A stretch of 64,000 bases of DNA from Atribacterota bacterium (GTDB taxonomy: Bacteria; Atribacterota; Phoenicimicrobiia; Phoenicimicrobiales; Stramentimicrobiaceae), in the NCBI GenBank assembly GCA_028717805.1, contig JAQUNC010000001.1, positions 52,269 to 116,268 on the forward strand. The letters are read 5' to 3'. Below, piece after piece: positions 22,281 through 32,590 of this stretch. Every line of letters starts with the position of its first letter. The stretch's first letter is position 1. The notes under the pieces were generated by a model. It was not told the origin of the DNA. It was given only the letters and a program-made list of their open reading frames with translations, and searched no databases. Made by a program: the position numbers and the translations under genes.

Positions 22281-23258
22281 ATGAAATCTTTTCAATATAA
22301 ATATCTTTTGAGAAAAAAATTACTACATAACAAAAAATTATTTTCCTATATAGCTCTGGGATTCTTTGATGGGATGCATTTAGGTCACCAGGCATTATTA
22401 AGATTGTGTATTGAAAAAGCAAGGCATACTGATGCCCTGAGTACCGTTATCCTGTTAGAACCTCATCCAGAGAAAATTGTGAATAAAATAGATAATTTTT
22501 CTCTTCTTACTACATTATCGGAAAAGGTAAAACATATCAGAAATGCTGGTGTTCAACAAGTCATTGTTCTAGATTTTACTGATGAATTTAAGAAAATTAG
22601 TGGTGAGGATTTTATAAAGGATATTTTATTGAATAAATTCCATATGGGTGCCGTTTTTATAGGATATGATTATCGCTTTGGCTATCAGAAAAAGGGTGAT
22701 ATAAACCTAATAAAATTATTAAGTGATAAATATAATTTTAAATACTATATTTTAGAACCCAAAAAGATAAATAATAAGCTAATAGTTAGTAGCACTATTA
22801 TTAAAAAGCTTTTAAAAAAGGGAGATATAGTTAAAGCCAATCGATTATTAGGTTACTCTTACCAAATAAGCGGAAATGTTATCCATGGTGATAAAAGAGG
22901 AAAAAAAATTCTTTCTTTTCCCACTGCTAATATAGAAATTCCACAGGAAAAATTATTACCTCAAAATGGAGTTTATATAGCCTTAGTAGAAGTCCAAGAT
23001 CAAAAGTATAAAAGTATAGTAAATATTGGCATTAAACCTACCTTTCAACAGAAATCTAGCAATAGCATAACCAGCAAATCTGTTGAAGCATATATATTTG
23101 ATTTTGAAAGAGATATATATAATAAAAAGATAGCCGTCTCTCTACTTAAAAAAATAAGAGGCGAGAAAAGGTTTGCTGATGTTAAGAAATTAACTCAGCA
23201 AATCACAAGGGATAAATCAGAAGCCGAAATTTTTTTCAGAGATGACTACAAACCTTAG
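22281..23258 (+). CDS. ribF: Bifunctional riboflavin kinase/FAD synthetase RibF
   Basis: GFFDGMHLGHQ nucleotidyltransferase motif and a C-terminal riboflavin kinase domain. The exact start is uncertain. Confidence 0.9.
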   Translation: MKSFQYKYLLRKKLLHNKKLFSYIALGFFDGMHLGHQALLRLCIEKARHTDALSTVILLEPHPEKIVNKIDNFSLLTTLSEKVKHIRNAGVQQVIVLDFTDEFKKISGEDFIKDILLNKFHMGAVFIGYDYRFGYQKKGDINLIKLLSDKYNFKYYILEPKKINNKLIVSSTIIKKLLKKGDIVKANRLLGYSYQISGNVIHGDKRGKKILSFPTANIEIPQEKLLPQNGVYIALVEVQDQKYKSIVNIGIKPTFQQKSSNSITSKSVEAYIFDFERDIYNKKIAVSLLKKIRGEKRFADVKKLTQQITRDKSEAEIFFRDDYKP

Positions 23259-23286
23259 TTAATATTTAAAAAATAATTAAATATAT

Positions 23287-23316
23287 TTGAATGAATTTCT
23301 TAATTGTGGTAAAATA
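23287..23316 (+). promoter_or_regulatory. Candidate promoter TTGAAT-17-TGgTAAAAT about 220 nt upstream of rpsO
   Basis: Sequence ttgaatgaatttcttaattgtggtaaaat. Confidence 0.35.
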
Positions 23317-23537
23317 TTTGAATGATGTAAGATTGAAATAGTATTTAAAGCAGGTAATAAATCCCTATTTTGGGGGTTTTGTTATAAAAGGAATATTTTT
23401 CTGACAATCTCACAAACATCTTTCCTTACAATAGCTAAGGGAAATAAAACAATTTCATTAAATATTTAAAATATATGATTAATGTTAAAAAAGTAGAACA
23501 TATAACTACCATTATGTAGAAGGAGAGTTTAGCAAAA

Positions 23538-23804
23538 ATGGTTAAGAAAGAATTAAAAAATAAAATCATAAAAGAATACCAGCATCATGAAACTGATACT
23601 GGTTCAACAGAGGTTCAGGTAGCTATTTTAACTGAAAAAATAAATAGTCTAACCAAACATTTAAATGAGAACAAAAAAGATAAACATTCTAAATATGGAT
23701 TATTGAGAATGGTTGGACAAAGAAGAAGTCTTCTTAATTATTTAAAAAAGAATGACATTGAAAAATATCGTAAATTAATTGAACATTTAAACCTCAGAAA
23801 GTAA
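23538..23804 (+). CDS. rpsO: 30S ribosomal protein S15
   Basis: 88 aa with ...[21 protein letters not shown]...[16 protein letters not shown]. Confidence 0.95.
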   Translation: MVKKELKNKIIKEYQHHETDTGSTEVQVAILTEKINSLTKHLNENKKDKHSKYGLLRMVGQRRSLLNYLKKNDIEKYRKLIEHLNLRK

Positions 23805-23846
23805 TGAAATTAAATTTTAATTGCCTATTAAGGAGATATTTGATTT

Positions 23847-26030
23847 ATGTCTAATAATAATGTTATCTACAATACAGAAATAGAAATTGGTGGTAGGACT
23901 ATAAAAATAGAAACAGGGAAATTGGCTAAACAGGCCAATGGTTCAGTCACCGTTACTTGTGGTGAAACGGTAGTACTCGTTACCGCAGTTGCCTCAAAAG
24001 AACCTAAAGAAGGGAATGATTTCTTTCCGTTACTTGTTGATTATGAAGAAAAATTTTATGCCGCTGGAAAAATACCTGGCGGATTCTTCAAGCGAGAAGG
24101 GAAACCAAGTGAGAATGCCATTCTGACATCCAGGCTTATTGATAGACCGATACGTCCATTATTTCCTGAAGGCTATTACAATGATGTTCAGATTATTACT
24201 TCGGTATTGTCTTATGACCAGACAAACCTTCCTGATATCATTTCTATTATTGGTGCCTCCTGTGCTCTTTATATTTCTGATATACCTTTTTATAAGCCAA
24301 TTGCTGCGGTACGTATTGGGTATTTAAATGGAGATTATTTAATAAATCCTACAGTAGAAGAACTCAAAGCATGTCAGCTAAATCTGGTTGTTGCGGGCAC
24401 AAAAGATTCAGTTATTATGCTAGAAGGTGAAGCCAATGAATTATCTGAAGAAGATATTTTAGTGGCAATTGGGAAAGCACAGGTTGAGATTGAGAAGATT
24501 GTTGAAATGCAGGTTAAGATTGCTCAAGAAATAAAAACCGAGAAAATAAAACAAATATGGCAATTAGAACAATCCTTATTGAAAGAAAGAGATACGTATT
24601 ACCAGCTGATAAAAAAGGAATATTCAAAACAAATTGAAATATCAATCACTACCAGGGATAAAGTTGAGAGAGAAGCGAAATTAGCTAATCTAAAAGATGA
24701 TATAATCTCAAAATTAGAAAATAAACGTAAAAACACGGAAGAAGAACTGAATGTTTGCATAGTTAATGAAGTGTTTGACTCTATATGTAAGGAAACTATG
24801 AGAGAATTAATTATTGAGAAAAAAACAAGAGTGGATCATCGTGAACTGGATGAAATTAGATCTATTGAATGCGAAATAGGTATTCTACCGAGAGTGCATG
24901 GAAGTGCTCTTTTTACCAGGGGACAAACACAGGCTTTGGTTATTACTACTTTAGGTTCGGTGAGAGATGAACAATCTGTTGATACATTAGAAGAGGACAC
25001 TACCCGTAAATTTTATTTACACTATAATTTCCCTCCTTTTTCTGTAGGAGATGTTAAACCAAGAAGATCTCAATCCAGAAGAGAGATTGGTCATGGAGCC
25101 TTAGCTGAGAAAGCTGTGAAATCTCTTATTCCTGATGAGATAGAATTTCCCTATACTATTCGTGTGGTATCTGAAATTTTAGAATCGAACGGTTCGTCAT
25201 CTATGGCTACAGTCTGTGGCACCAGCTTATCTTTAATGGATGCTGGAGTACCACTAAGAAAACCGGTTGCTGGTGTTGCTATGGGATTGATTAAAGAGAA
25301 TGATAAATATGAAATACTAACTGACATTCTTGGTATTGAAGACCATTATGGTGATATGGACTTTAAAGCAGCAGGTTCTGCCGATGGCATAACCGCTATA
25401 CAGATGGATCTGAAAATTGATGGTATATCTATTGATATATTACGAGAAATTTTAGAAAAGTCAAAGAAAGGACGTTTATATATACTTGACAAAATGAATA
25501 CAGTCATTCCTGAACCCAGAGCAGAATTGTCTCATTATGTTCCTAAGATGCTAATTATTAAGGTTAATACAGATAAAATCGGAAATATTATCGGTCCAAG
25601 TGGTAAAAATATAAAGAAGATAATTGAAGAGACTGGTACCTGTATCGATATTAAAGATAATGGTGAAATATTTATAACAGCTGATACTAAGGAAAAGATA
25701 GAAAAAGCCAAATATCTCATTGAAGGGCTGGCAAGAGAAGTAAAGACTGGTGAGATATATAATGGCAAGGTAAAAAGAATAACTAAATATGGAGCATTTG
25801 TGGAGATTCTTCCTGGTGTAGAAGGTCTTTTGCATATATCAAATCTATCTCATTCTCATGTTGATAGAGTAGAAGATGTATTGAAAGCAAATGATGAGAT
25901 ACAGGTAAAGGTGATTGGAATTGATCAGCAGGGGAAAATTGATTTAAGCAAAAAAGAATTAATGCCCAAGCCAGGAAAAAATGAGAATAATTTTAACAAG
26001 CACTATCACAAAAGACCTACTTTTAGATAA
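23847..26030 (+). CDS. pnp: Polyribonucleotide nucleotidyltransferase (PNPase)
   Basis: Two RNase PH domains followed by KH and S1 domains, 727 aa, with rpsO-pnp synteny. Confidence 0.97.
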   Translation: MSNNNVIYNTEIEIGGRTIKIETGKLAKQANGSVTVTCGETVVLVTAVASKEPKEGNDFFPLLVDYEEKFYAAGKIPGGFFKREGKPSENAILTSRLIDRPIRPLFPEGYYNDVQIITSVLSYDQTNLPDIISIIGASCALYISDIPFYKPIAAVRIGYLNGDYLINPTVEELKACQLNLVVAGTKDSVIMLEGEANELSEEDILVAIGKAQVEIEKIVEMQVKIAQEIKTEKIKQIWQLEQSLLKERDTYYQLIKKEYSKQIEISITTRDKVEREAKLANLKDDIISKLENKRKNTEEELNVCIVNEVFDSICKETMRELIIEKKTRVDHRELDEIRSIECEIGILPRVHGSALFTRGQTQALVITTLGSVRDEQSVDTLEEDTTRKFYLHYNFPPFSVGDVKPRRSQSRREIGHGALAEKAVKSLIPDEIEFPYTIRVVSEILESNGSSSMATVCGTSLSLMDAGVPLRKPVAGVAMGLIKENDKYEILTDILGIEDHYGDMDFKAAGSADGITAIQMDLKIDGISIDILREILEKSKKGRLYILDKMNTVIPEPRAELSHYVPKMLIIKVNTDKIGNIIGPSGKNIKKIIEETGTCIDIKDNGEIFITADTKEKIEKAKYLIEGLAREVKTGEIYNGKVKRITKYGAFVEILPGVEGLLHISNLSHSHVDRVEDVLKANDEIQVKVIGIDQQGKIDLSKKELMPKPGKNENNFNKHYHKRPTFR

Positions 26031-26044
26031 GAATATGACTTTTT

Positions 26045-26518
26045 ATGGATAATAACATTGAAAAAGTAGAAGTAAAAATAGAGAGGGAACTAGGATGCGA
26101 GGATTTGCCTTTACCTAAGTCAGCCAGTAAATATGCTTCAGGTATTGATTTGTACTCCGCTCAGAACGAGGTAATAGAAATCGAACCCGGTGAACGAAAA
26201 TTAATTTCAACTGGTATAAAAATTGCCTTACCACCAGGTTACGAAGCACAGGTAAGACCCAGAAGTGGACTAGCCATCAGTTACGGTATTACAGTACTTA
26301 ATTCCCCGGGAACAATTGATGCTGATTATCGTGGAGTAATAAAAGTAATTTTAATTAACCACGGAAAAGAAAAGTTCTATGTAAATAGGGGAGATCGAGT
26401 TGCGCAACTGGTTATTCAAAAAGTAATTCAACCTCTATTAATAGAAATAAAAAAATTGGATAATACCAGAAGGGGTGAAGGCGGATTTGGACATACTGGT
26501 ATTAAGGTTATAGAATAA
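26045..26518 (+). CDS. dut: dUTP diphosphatase
   Basis: RSGLA and GTIDADYRGVI motifs, 157 aa. Confidence 0.9.
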   Translation: MDNNIEKVEVKIERELGCEDLPLPKSASKYASGIDLYSAQNEVIEIEPGERKLISTGIKIALPPGYEAQVRPRSGLAISYGITVLNSPGTIDADYRGVIKVILINHGKEKFYVNRGDRVAQLVIQKVIQPLLIEIKKLDNTRRGEGGFGHTGIKVIE

Positions 26519-26574
26519 ATGGTTTTCTTTATATTTGTACATTCATATATGATAATATAAAAGGAAGGATATCA

Positions 26575-27399
26575 ATGCACTACGTTATCCTTGGTCTTAT
26601 ACAAGGGTTAACAGAATTCCTCCCAGTTAGCAGTTCCGGTCATTTAGTAATTAGCCAGAATCTTTTAGGGATTAGTGTTCCTGGCGTAGCTTTTGAAGTA
26701 TTCGTACATTTTGGTACATCATTAGCTGTAATCTGTTTATTCAAAAAAGAAATAAAAGAGATTATCATTTCTTTTTTAAAAAGCATTTTAATGCTATTTA
26801 ATTGGCCATTATTTTTTAGTTATATCAAAGAAGATGATCACTGTAAATTTGCCTGGCTATTATTCATCAGTACCATACCAGGTGCAATAATTGGCTATCT
26901 GCTTCAAAATGCAATCGAGAAGATGTTTGATAACTCATTATTTACTGCCTTTATGTTGATGATAACAGGTCTTTGCCTTTTTTTTACGGATAAATATTTC
27001 ATTCAAGGCACTAAAACAATAAAAGATGTTAATTGGGTGGATGCCATATTAATTGGCTTAGCTCAAACTTTTGCTATTATTCCTGGTATTTCCCGCTCCG
27101 GATTTACCATTATGATGGGTCTCAGCAGGAGATTAGAAAGAAATTTTGCTGCTAAATATTCTTTTATTTTATCAATTCCCATAATTATGGGAGCTTCGAT
27201 CTATAAATTCAGGGAAATTTTTCAGTTAAATATGGATATTTTTGTTGTCCTTATTTCAGGATTAGCTGCATTTCTTTCCGGATATTTAGCAATGTTATTT
27301 TTTACTAAAATGTTGATTAATTTTAAATTGCGTTTCTTTAGTTACTACTTATGGATTGTTGCTATCATAGTAGTATTTCTTATTATAAAAAGTTGGTAA
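26575..27399 (+). CDS. uppP: Undecaprenyl-diphosphate phosphatase UppP (BacA)
   Basis: LTEFLPVSSSGHL and PGISRSG motifs, 8 TM helices. Confidence 0.9.
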   Translation: MHYVILGLIQGLTEFLPVSSSGHLVISQNLLGISVPGVAFEVFVHFGTSLAVICLFKKEIKEIIISFLKSILMLFNWPLFFSYIKEDDHCKFAWLLFISTIPGAIIGYLLQNAIEKMFDNSLFTAFMLMITGLCLFFTDKYFIQGTKTIKDVNWVDAILIGLAQTFAIIPGISRSGFTIMMGLSRRLERNFAAKYSFILSIPIIMGASIYKFREIFQLNMDIFVVLISGLAAFLSGYLAMLFFTKMLINFKLRFFSYYLWIVAIIVVFLIIKSW

Positions 27400-27403
27400 T
27401 GAA

Positions 27404-29611
27404 ATGTCAAAAATTGAGAAAAAAAATTATTCCGTTAAGATTAAGAAAAGAGTTATAGGTATTTTTCTAATCTTTATTGCTATTTATTACTTATATATGC
27501 TTTTTTCCCCTGAAAAAACAATTGCTCCCTTTCTTAATATTATCAACAATATCAACAAGCTAATTGGATTGGGTAAATATTTCATATTTGTCTTTATGAT
27601 GATTGAAGGTTTTCATTTACTTTTTAATTTTAATATTCCCAATTTCTATAATAGAATGTTTGGAATTACCTCTTTAATATTGGTATTATTAGCTTTTATT
27701 CATTTAAGATTAATATTTATTGAAAACGCCTATTATATGTCCATTAAGGGAATAGGCGGAGGCCTTTATGGATATTATATAGCAAGGCATTTAAATAATT
27801 ATTTTGGCTTATCCGGAGCTTATCTATTTCTCATTGCCCTGGGTTTAATTGCACTATTATTTGCAACAGATCTTTCTTTTCTGTACCTTTTTAGCTTTAT
27901 TTTTAAAAGAATAGTAATTGGATTCAATAGGTTGGTAACAATATTTCCAACCAATAGAATGAAAGAAAAAAGAATGCAGAAAAGAGAATCAAGAAAATCA
28001 ATTAAAATTTATTCATCAAATACTGAGGAAATAAAAAGAAAACCAGAACCAATTTTTAAGAAAGATATTTTATCAAAAGACGAAAAAAAATCAACATCAG
28101 CAATTCAAGAGAAGATAGATTTTATGGTAAAGGGTGATGATGAAGAAAAAAGACTTTCTAACTATTATATTGCCCCATCGATTACTTTATTAAATGAACC
28201 AAAAAAAGAATATAAAGATCGGGATCTGGAAAAAATAAAAGAAAATATTGCTCTATTACAGAGAACTTTGGATAATTTTAATATTCAGGGTGAAGTAATA
28301 GGTGCAACCCAGGGGCCAACGGTAACAAGATATGAAATTCAACCTGCACCCGGGGTGAAAGTATCAAAAATTACCAATCTTAGTAATGATATCGCCTTAG
28401 CATTTGCGTCTCCTTCAGTAAGAATTGAAACCCCTATTCCAGGTAAGAATGCCATAGGCATTGAAGTTCCTAACAAGGAAAAAAACATCGTCTTTTTAAG
28501 AGAAATAATTGAATCAAAAAATTATCAAAGTAATTCTTTTATTTTACCTATAGTACTGGGAAAAGATATAGGTGGGAAAAATATTATTGCAGACTTAGTG
28601 GAATTACCTCATCTACTTATTGCGGGTTCAACAGGATCAGGTAAAAGCGTCTGCCTTAATACCATTATCTTGAGTTTGGTTTATCGTTTTGGTCCTGAAA
28701 TGGTCAAGTTTTTAATTATTGATCCAAAAAGAGTAGAACTTAACATATATAATGGGATACCCCATCTAATTACTCCTATTGTTACTAATACTAAAAAAGT
28801 TGATAAGGTACTTAATTGGGCTATTTCTGAGATGGAAAGAAGATTTAAAATATTTGCTGAGGTTGGAGTTCGCAATTTAAAAGGATATCATGACTATATT
28901 AAAAGTATAAAATCTGAGGAAACAAATTTACCATATATTGTCTTTATTATTGATGAATTAGCTGATTTAATGCTTTCTTCGCCAGTGAAAGTAGAAGAAG
29001 CATTATGCAGGTTAGCTCAAATGACCCGAGCTACGGGAATTCATCTTATTATTGCCACTCAAAGACCTTCTGTAGATATTATTACTGGTTCCATCAAGAT
29101 TAATTTTCCTTCGCGTATTGCCTTTGCAGTATCCACTCAGGTTGATTCAAGGACTATTCTGGATGTAAATGGAGCTGAAAAATTGCTGGGCAATGGAGAT
29201 ATGCTTTTCTCCCCCATTAACGCTCCCAAACCTATAAGAGCCCAAGGAGCATTTGTTTCAGAAAAGGAAATTAAGGATATTGTATCATTTCTAGTCAAGA
29301 ATAATCTCCCTCCAGATTATAATGAAAATATAATTGAACATTTACAACAAAAAGAAGGTGAAAGTGAAGGAATGGGAGATGATGAAGAAGATGAATTATT
29401 CGAAGATGCAGTAGATACAATTATTAATAATAATCAAGCTTCAATTTCCATTTTACAAAGAAAGTTGAGAATTGGTTATACCAGAGCAGCTCGTTTAATA
29501 GATTTAATGGAAAAAAGGGGATTAGTTGGACCATATGATGGTCGTAATCCCAGAAAAATATTACTTTCTAAAGAAAATTTTTTCTCTAATTATAAAAACT
29601 CAAATTCTTAG
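27404..29611 (+). CDS. ftsK: DNA translocase FtsK/SpoIIIE
   Basis: N-terminal TM helices, a linker, the GSTGSGKS Walker A motor, and a C-terminal winged-helix gamma domain (ISILQRKLRIGYTRAARLIDLME). Confidence 0.9.
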   Translation: MSKIEKKNYSVKIKKRVIGIFLIFIAIYYLYMLFSPEKTIAPFLNIINNINKLIGLGKYFIFVFMMIEGFHLLFNFNIPNFYNRMFGITSLILVLLAFIHLRLIFIENAYYMSIKGIGGGLYGYYIARHLNNYFGLSGAYLFLIALGLIALLFATDLSFLYLFSFIFKRIVIGFNRLVTIFPTNRMKEKRMQKRESRKSIKIYSSNTEEIKRKPEPIFKKDILSKDEKKSTSAIQEKIDFMVKGDDEEKRLSNYYIAPSITLLNEPKKEYKDRDLEKIKENIALLQRTLDNFNIQGEVIGATQGPTVTRYEIQPAPGVKVSKITNLSNDIALAFASPSVRIETPIPGKNAIGIEVPNKEKNIVFLREIIESKNYQSNSFILPIVLGKDIGGKNIIADLVELPHLLIAGSTGSGKSVCLNTIILSLVYRFGPEMVKFLIIDPKRVELNIYNGIPHLITPIVTNTKKVDKVLNWAISEMERRFKIFAEVGVRNLKGYHDYIKSIKSEETNLPYIVFIIDELADLMLSSPVKVEEALCRLAQMTRATGIHLIIATQRPSVDIITGSIKINFPSRIAFAVSTQVDSRTILDVNGAEKLLGNGDMLFSPINAPKPIRAQGAFVSEKEIKDIVSFLVKNNLPPDYNENIIEHLQQKEGESEGMGDDEEDELFEDAVDTIINNNQASISILQRKLRIGYTRAARLIDLMEKRGLVGPYDGRNPRKILLSKENFFSNYKNSNS

Positions 29612-29850
29612 AATTAAATAATTAAATTCTATGATCATTATTTTTTAATTGAATAAAGAGTGGGAACGTATTATTATAATAATGATAAATATTATTAGAA
29701 TGATTTTAGAATTTTGTTATGATGTGAGCAGAATTATAACTAGTCCAAATATATGAGGAAAGGAGGAGAATATATACTAGAAAATTGAAATCATAATAAA
29801 TAAAAAATATTTGCTTACCAATAAATTATTAGAAAGGAGATAAATAACAA

Positions 29851-30906
29851 ATGAAAGTTAATTATAAGAATGTAATTACTTTTTTACTAGTTACAATCAT
29901 TTTTTCTTCTTTAATTGCGGTAAATTGTTTTGCTCAGAGCGATATTACTGTGGGTTTATGTTTTGATGTTGGTGGTAAAGGGGATAAATCGTTTAACGAT
30001 TCTGCCTCACGAGGATTAAGCTGGGCAGCTCAAGATTTTGGTATAAAGAGAATAGAGCTTGAGCCAGGAGCAGATGCAGATAGAGAAGTTAACTTGAGAA
30101 ATTTAGCCAGTATCGGATATAATCTTATTATTGGAGTAGGATTCTTATTTACTGATAGTATTTCTGATGTTGCTGATGAATTTCCAGATACAAAATTTGC
30201 TATTGTTGATGGATTTATTCCTGACAAACCCAATGTCGTTTCTTTAAATTTCGCAGAACATGAAGGATCTTTTTTAGTAGGTATGATTGCTGGATTAAAG
30301 GCTCTTCAAGATGGGAAGGATACAGTAGGATTTGTAGGGGGGATGAATGTTCCACTAATTCAAAAATTTGAAGCCGGTTATTTAGCTGGTGTCAAGTATG
30401 CTTACCCTGATTGCAAAATATTATCTGCTTATGCCGGAGATACTGATAAAGCTTTTGCTGATCCAGTTAAAGGTAAGGAGCTGGCTTTATCACAGTATGA
30501 CAATGATGCGTATGTTATTTACCATGCTTCTGGCTTAACCGGTGCCGGAGTCTATGAAGCAGCAAAAGAAAGAAAGAGGTATGTAATTGGGGTAGATTCC
30601 AACCAGAATTATTTAGGATATATTGAGGAAACTGGTGAAAATTTTGGATTGACTAGTATGTTAAAACAGGTTGATGTATCAGTGTATTTAACGGTGAAAT
30701 CTGTTATAGAAGACACCTTTGAGCCCGGAATCAGGCTATTTGATTTAGCCACATCAGTTGTGATTAATGATGTTGAATACAATGGAGTTGGTTATGCTAT
30801 GGATAAATATAATCAAGACTTGGTATCAGAGGATGTATTACAAAAAGTTGAGGAAGCTAAAGCAAAAATTATAAAAGGAGAAATTTTAATACCTGCTGAG
30901 TTATAA
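29851..30906 (+). CDS. BMP-family ABC transporter substrate-binding protein (nucleoside-binding, PnrA/Med-like), secreted
   Basis: N-terminal signal peptide, then LCFDVGGKGDKSFNDSASRGL, typical of the BMP family. Confidence 0.85.
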   Translation: MKVNYKNVITFLLVTIIFSSLIAVNCFAQSDITVGLCFDVGGKGDKSFNDSASRGLSWAAQDFGIKRIELEPGADADREVNLRNLASIGYNLIIGVGFLFTDSISDVADEFPDTKFAIVDGFIPDKPNVVSLNFAEHEGSFLVGMIAGLKALQDGKDTVGFVGGMNVPLIQKFEAGYLAGVKYAYPDCKILSAYAGDTDKAFADPVKGKELALSQYDNDAYVIYHASGLTGAGVYEAAKERKRYVIGVDSNQNYLGYIEETGENFGLTSMLKQVDVSVYLTVKSVIEDTFEPGIRLFDLATSVVINDVEYNGVGYAMDKYNQDLVSEDVLQKVEEAKAKIIKGEILIPAEL

Positions 30907-30913
30907 AATATGA

Positions 30914-30990
30914 ATTAATCATCAGGAAATTAATAATATTTATGTACTGTAAATATTTAATTTCCTGATGATTAATGTTTTTATATTATT
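30914..30990 (+). terminator. 20-bp perfect hairpin with a T-rich tail between the SBP gene and the ATPase gene, a likely partial intra-operon terminator
   Basis: attaatcatcaggaaattaa, a 23-nt loop, ttaatttcctgatgattaat, then gtttttatattatttatttt. Confidence 0.5.
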
Positions 30991-31016
30991 TATTTTATAA
31001 GATATGGTGATAAAAA

Positions 31017-32564
31017 TTGCTTGAATATCTAATAGAAATGAAAAATATTTCCAAAAATTTTCCCCTGGTAAAAGCAAATGATAAAGTCAATTTTGCTGTA
31101 AAAATGGGAGAAATACATGCCTTGGTTGGAGAGAACGGAGCAGGGAAAAGCACATTAATGAGTATATTATATGGTCTATACCAGGCAGATGAAGGAGAAA
31201 TATTCATTGCTGGTAAAAAAATCAATATTTCTAATCCTAATAGAGCTATAGAAAATAAAATTGGAATGGTTCATCAACATTTTATGTTAATTCCCCCCTT
31301 AACTGTCATAGAAAATGTAATACTTGGGATGGAACCCAGAAGGAATTATTTTTTTGTTGATTTACATAAAGCTGCCAGCGATATTAAAAAACTCTCGGAA
31401 AAATATGGTTTTAAAATAGAACCTTGGGTAAAGATAGAAGATGTTTCAGTTGGAATCCAACAGAGGGTTGAAATAATTAAAGTCCTATATAGAGGAGCTG
31501 AAATATTGATATTGGATGAACCAACTGCTGTTTTGACTCCTCAGGAAGTAGATGAATTATTTAAGATTCTAAAATCTTTAAAAAAACAGGGGAAAACAAT
31601 TATTTTTATTACCCATAAACTAAATGAAGTAATGGAAATATCAGACCGAGTTACTGTAATGAGGGATGGTAAAGTTGTTGGTACTAAAGACACTATGCAA
31701 ATAAATACTTCCGAAATTGCTACACTCATGGTAGGCAGAGAGGTCTTATTAAAGACCAGCAAAATCGATCGAAAAACTGGTAAGACTGTATTAAGACTCG
31801 AGCAGGTAAGTGCTTTTAATCAAAATAAATATCTTGTGTTAAAAGACGTTAGTCTTTCAGTTAAAGAAGGTCAGATATTAGGAATAGCCGGGGTAGAAGG
31901 GAACGGACAGACTGAATTAGTAGAAGTAATTACTGGATTAAAGCCAATTTCCAGTGGAAAAATATATTTATATGAACATAATATTACAGGATTAAGTCCC
32001 AGGAAAATAAGGGAGTTAAATATTGCTCACATACCAGAGGATAGACGTAAAAGAGGATTCATTGGTGAATATTCAGTAGCAGAGAATCTGGTATTAGGTA
32101 GCCACTATAAGCCACCCTTTGTTAAAGGTTCTTTAATAGACTTTCCAGAAATTCATAGATATGCTAACAAGTTAATTGCGGATTTTGATATAAGACCAGC
32201 TGTAAAAGAAAATTTATTAAAATCATTATCTGGTGGAAATCAGCAAAAAGTAATTGTAGCAAGAGAATTACAGGGTGAACCAGTTCTTCTAATAGCTGCT
32301 CAACCTACTAGGGGATTAGATGTGGGTTCCATAGAATTTGTTCATAAACAAATATTAAACGAAAGAAGTAAAGGTAAGGCAATACTATTGGTTTCGGCAG
32401 AATTAGACGAGATACTATCTTTAAGTGATGAAATAGCAGTTATTTACGAAGGAAGAATTGTTGAAATTTTAATAAATAAAGACATTGATAGAGGAAAATT
32501 GGGCTTTCTTATGACTGGCGGTTCCTCGCAAGGAGAAAAGAGCAACAAAACCACAATATTCTGA
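31017..32564 (+). CDS. ABC transporter ATP-binding protein with duplicated NBDs (nucleoside/sugar type)
   Basis: Two Walker A motifs (GENGAGKST and GVEGNGQT) and LSGGNQQK signatures; 515 aa; TTG start. Confidence 0.9.
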   Translation: MLEYLIEMKNISKNFPLVKANDKVNFAVKMGEIHALVGENGAGKSTLMSILYGLYQADEGEIFIAGKKINISNPNRAIENKIGMVHQHFMLIPPLTVIENVILGMEPRRNYFFVDLHKAASDIKKLSEKYGFKIEPWVKIEDVSVGIQQRVEIIKVLYRGAEILILDEPTAVLTPQEVDELFKILKSLKKQGKTIIFITHKLNEVMEISDRVTVMRDGKVVGTKDTMQINTSEIATLMVGREVLLKTSKIDRKTGKTVLRLEQVSAFNQNKYLVLKDVSLSVKEGQILGIAGVEGNGQTELVEVITGLKPISSGKIYLYEHNITGLSPRKIRELNIAHIPEDRRKRGFIGEYSVAENLVLGSHYKPPFVKGSLIDFPEIHRYANKLIADFDIRPAVKENLLKSLSGGNQQKVIVARELQGEPVLLIAAQPTRGLDVGSIEFVHKQILNERSKGKAILLVSAELDEILSLSDEIAVIYEGRIVEILINKDIDRGKLGFLMTGGSSQGEKSNKTTIF

Positions 32565-32590
32565 TATTAGATAGATAGGAGGAGTATTTT

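Noticed and set aside
29612-29850. Purine or nucleoside riboswitch upstream of the BMP nucleoside ABC transporter
   Set aside because: I could not find the conserved junction and loop nucleotides of guanine/adenine/2'-dG or ZTP riboswitches by eye. This would need a covariance-model search.
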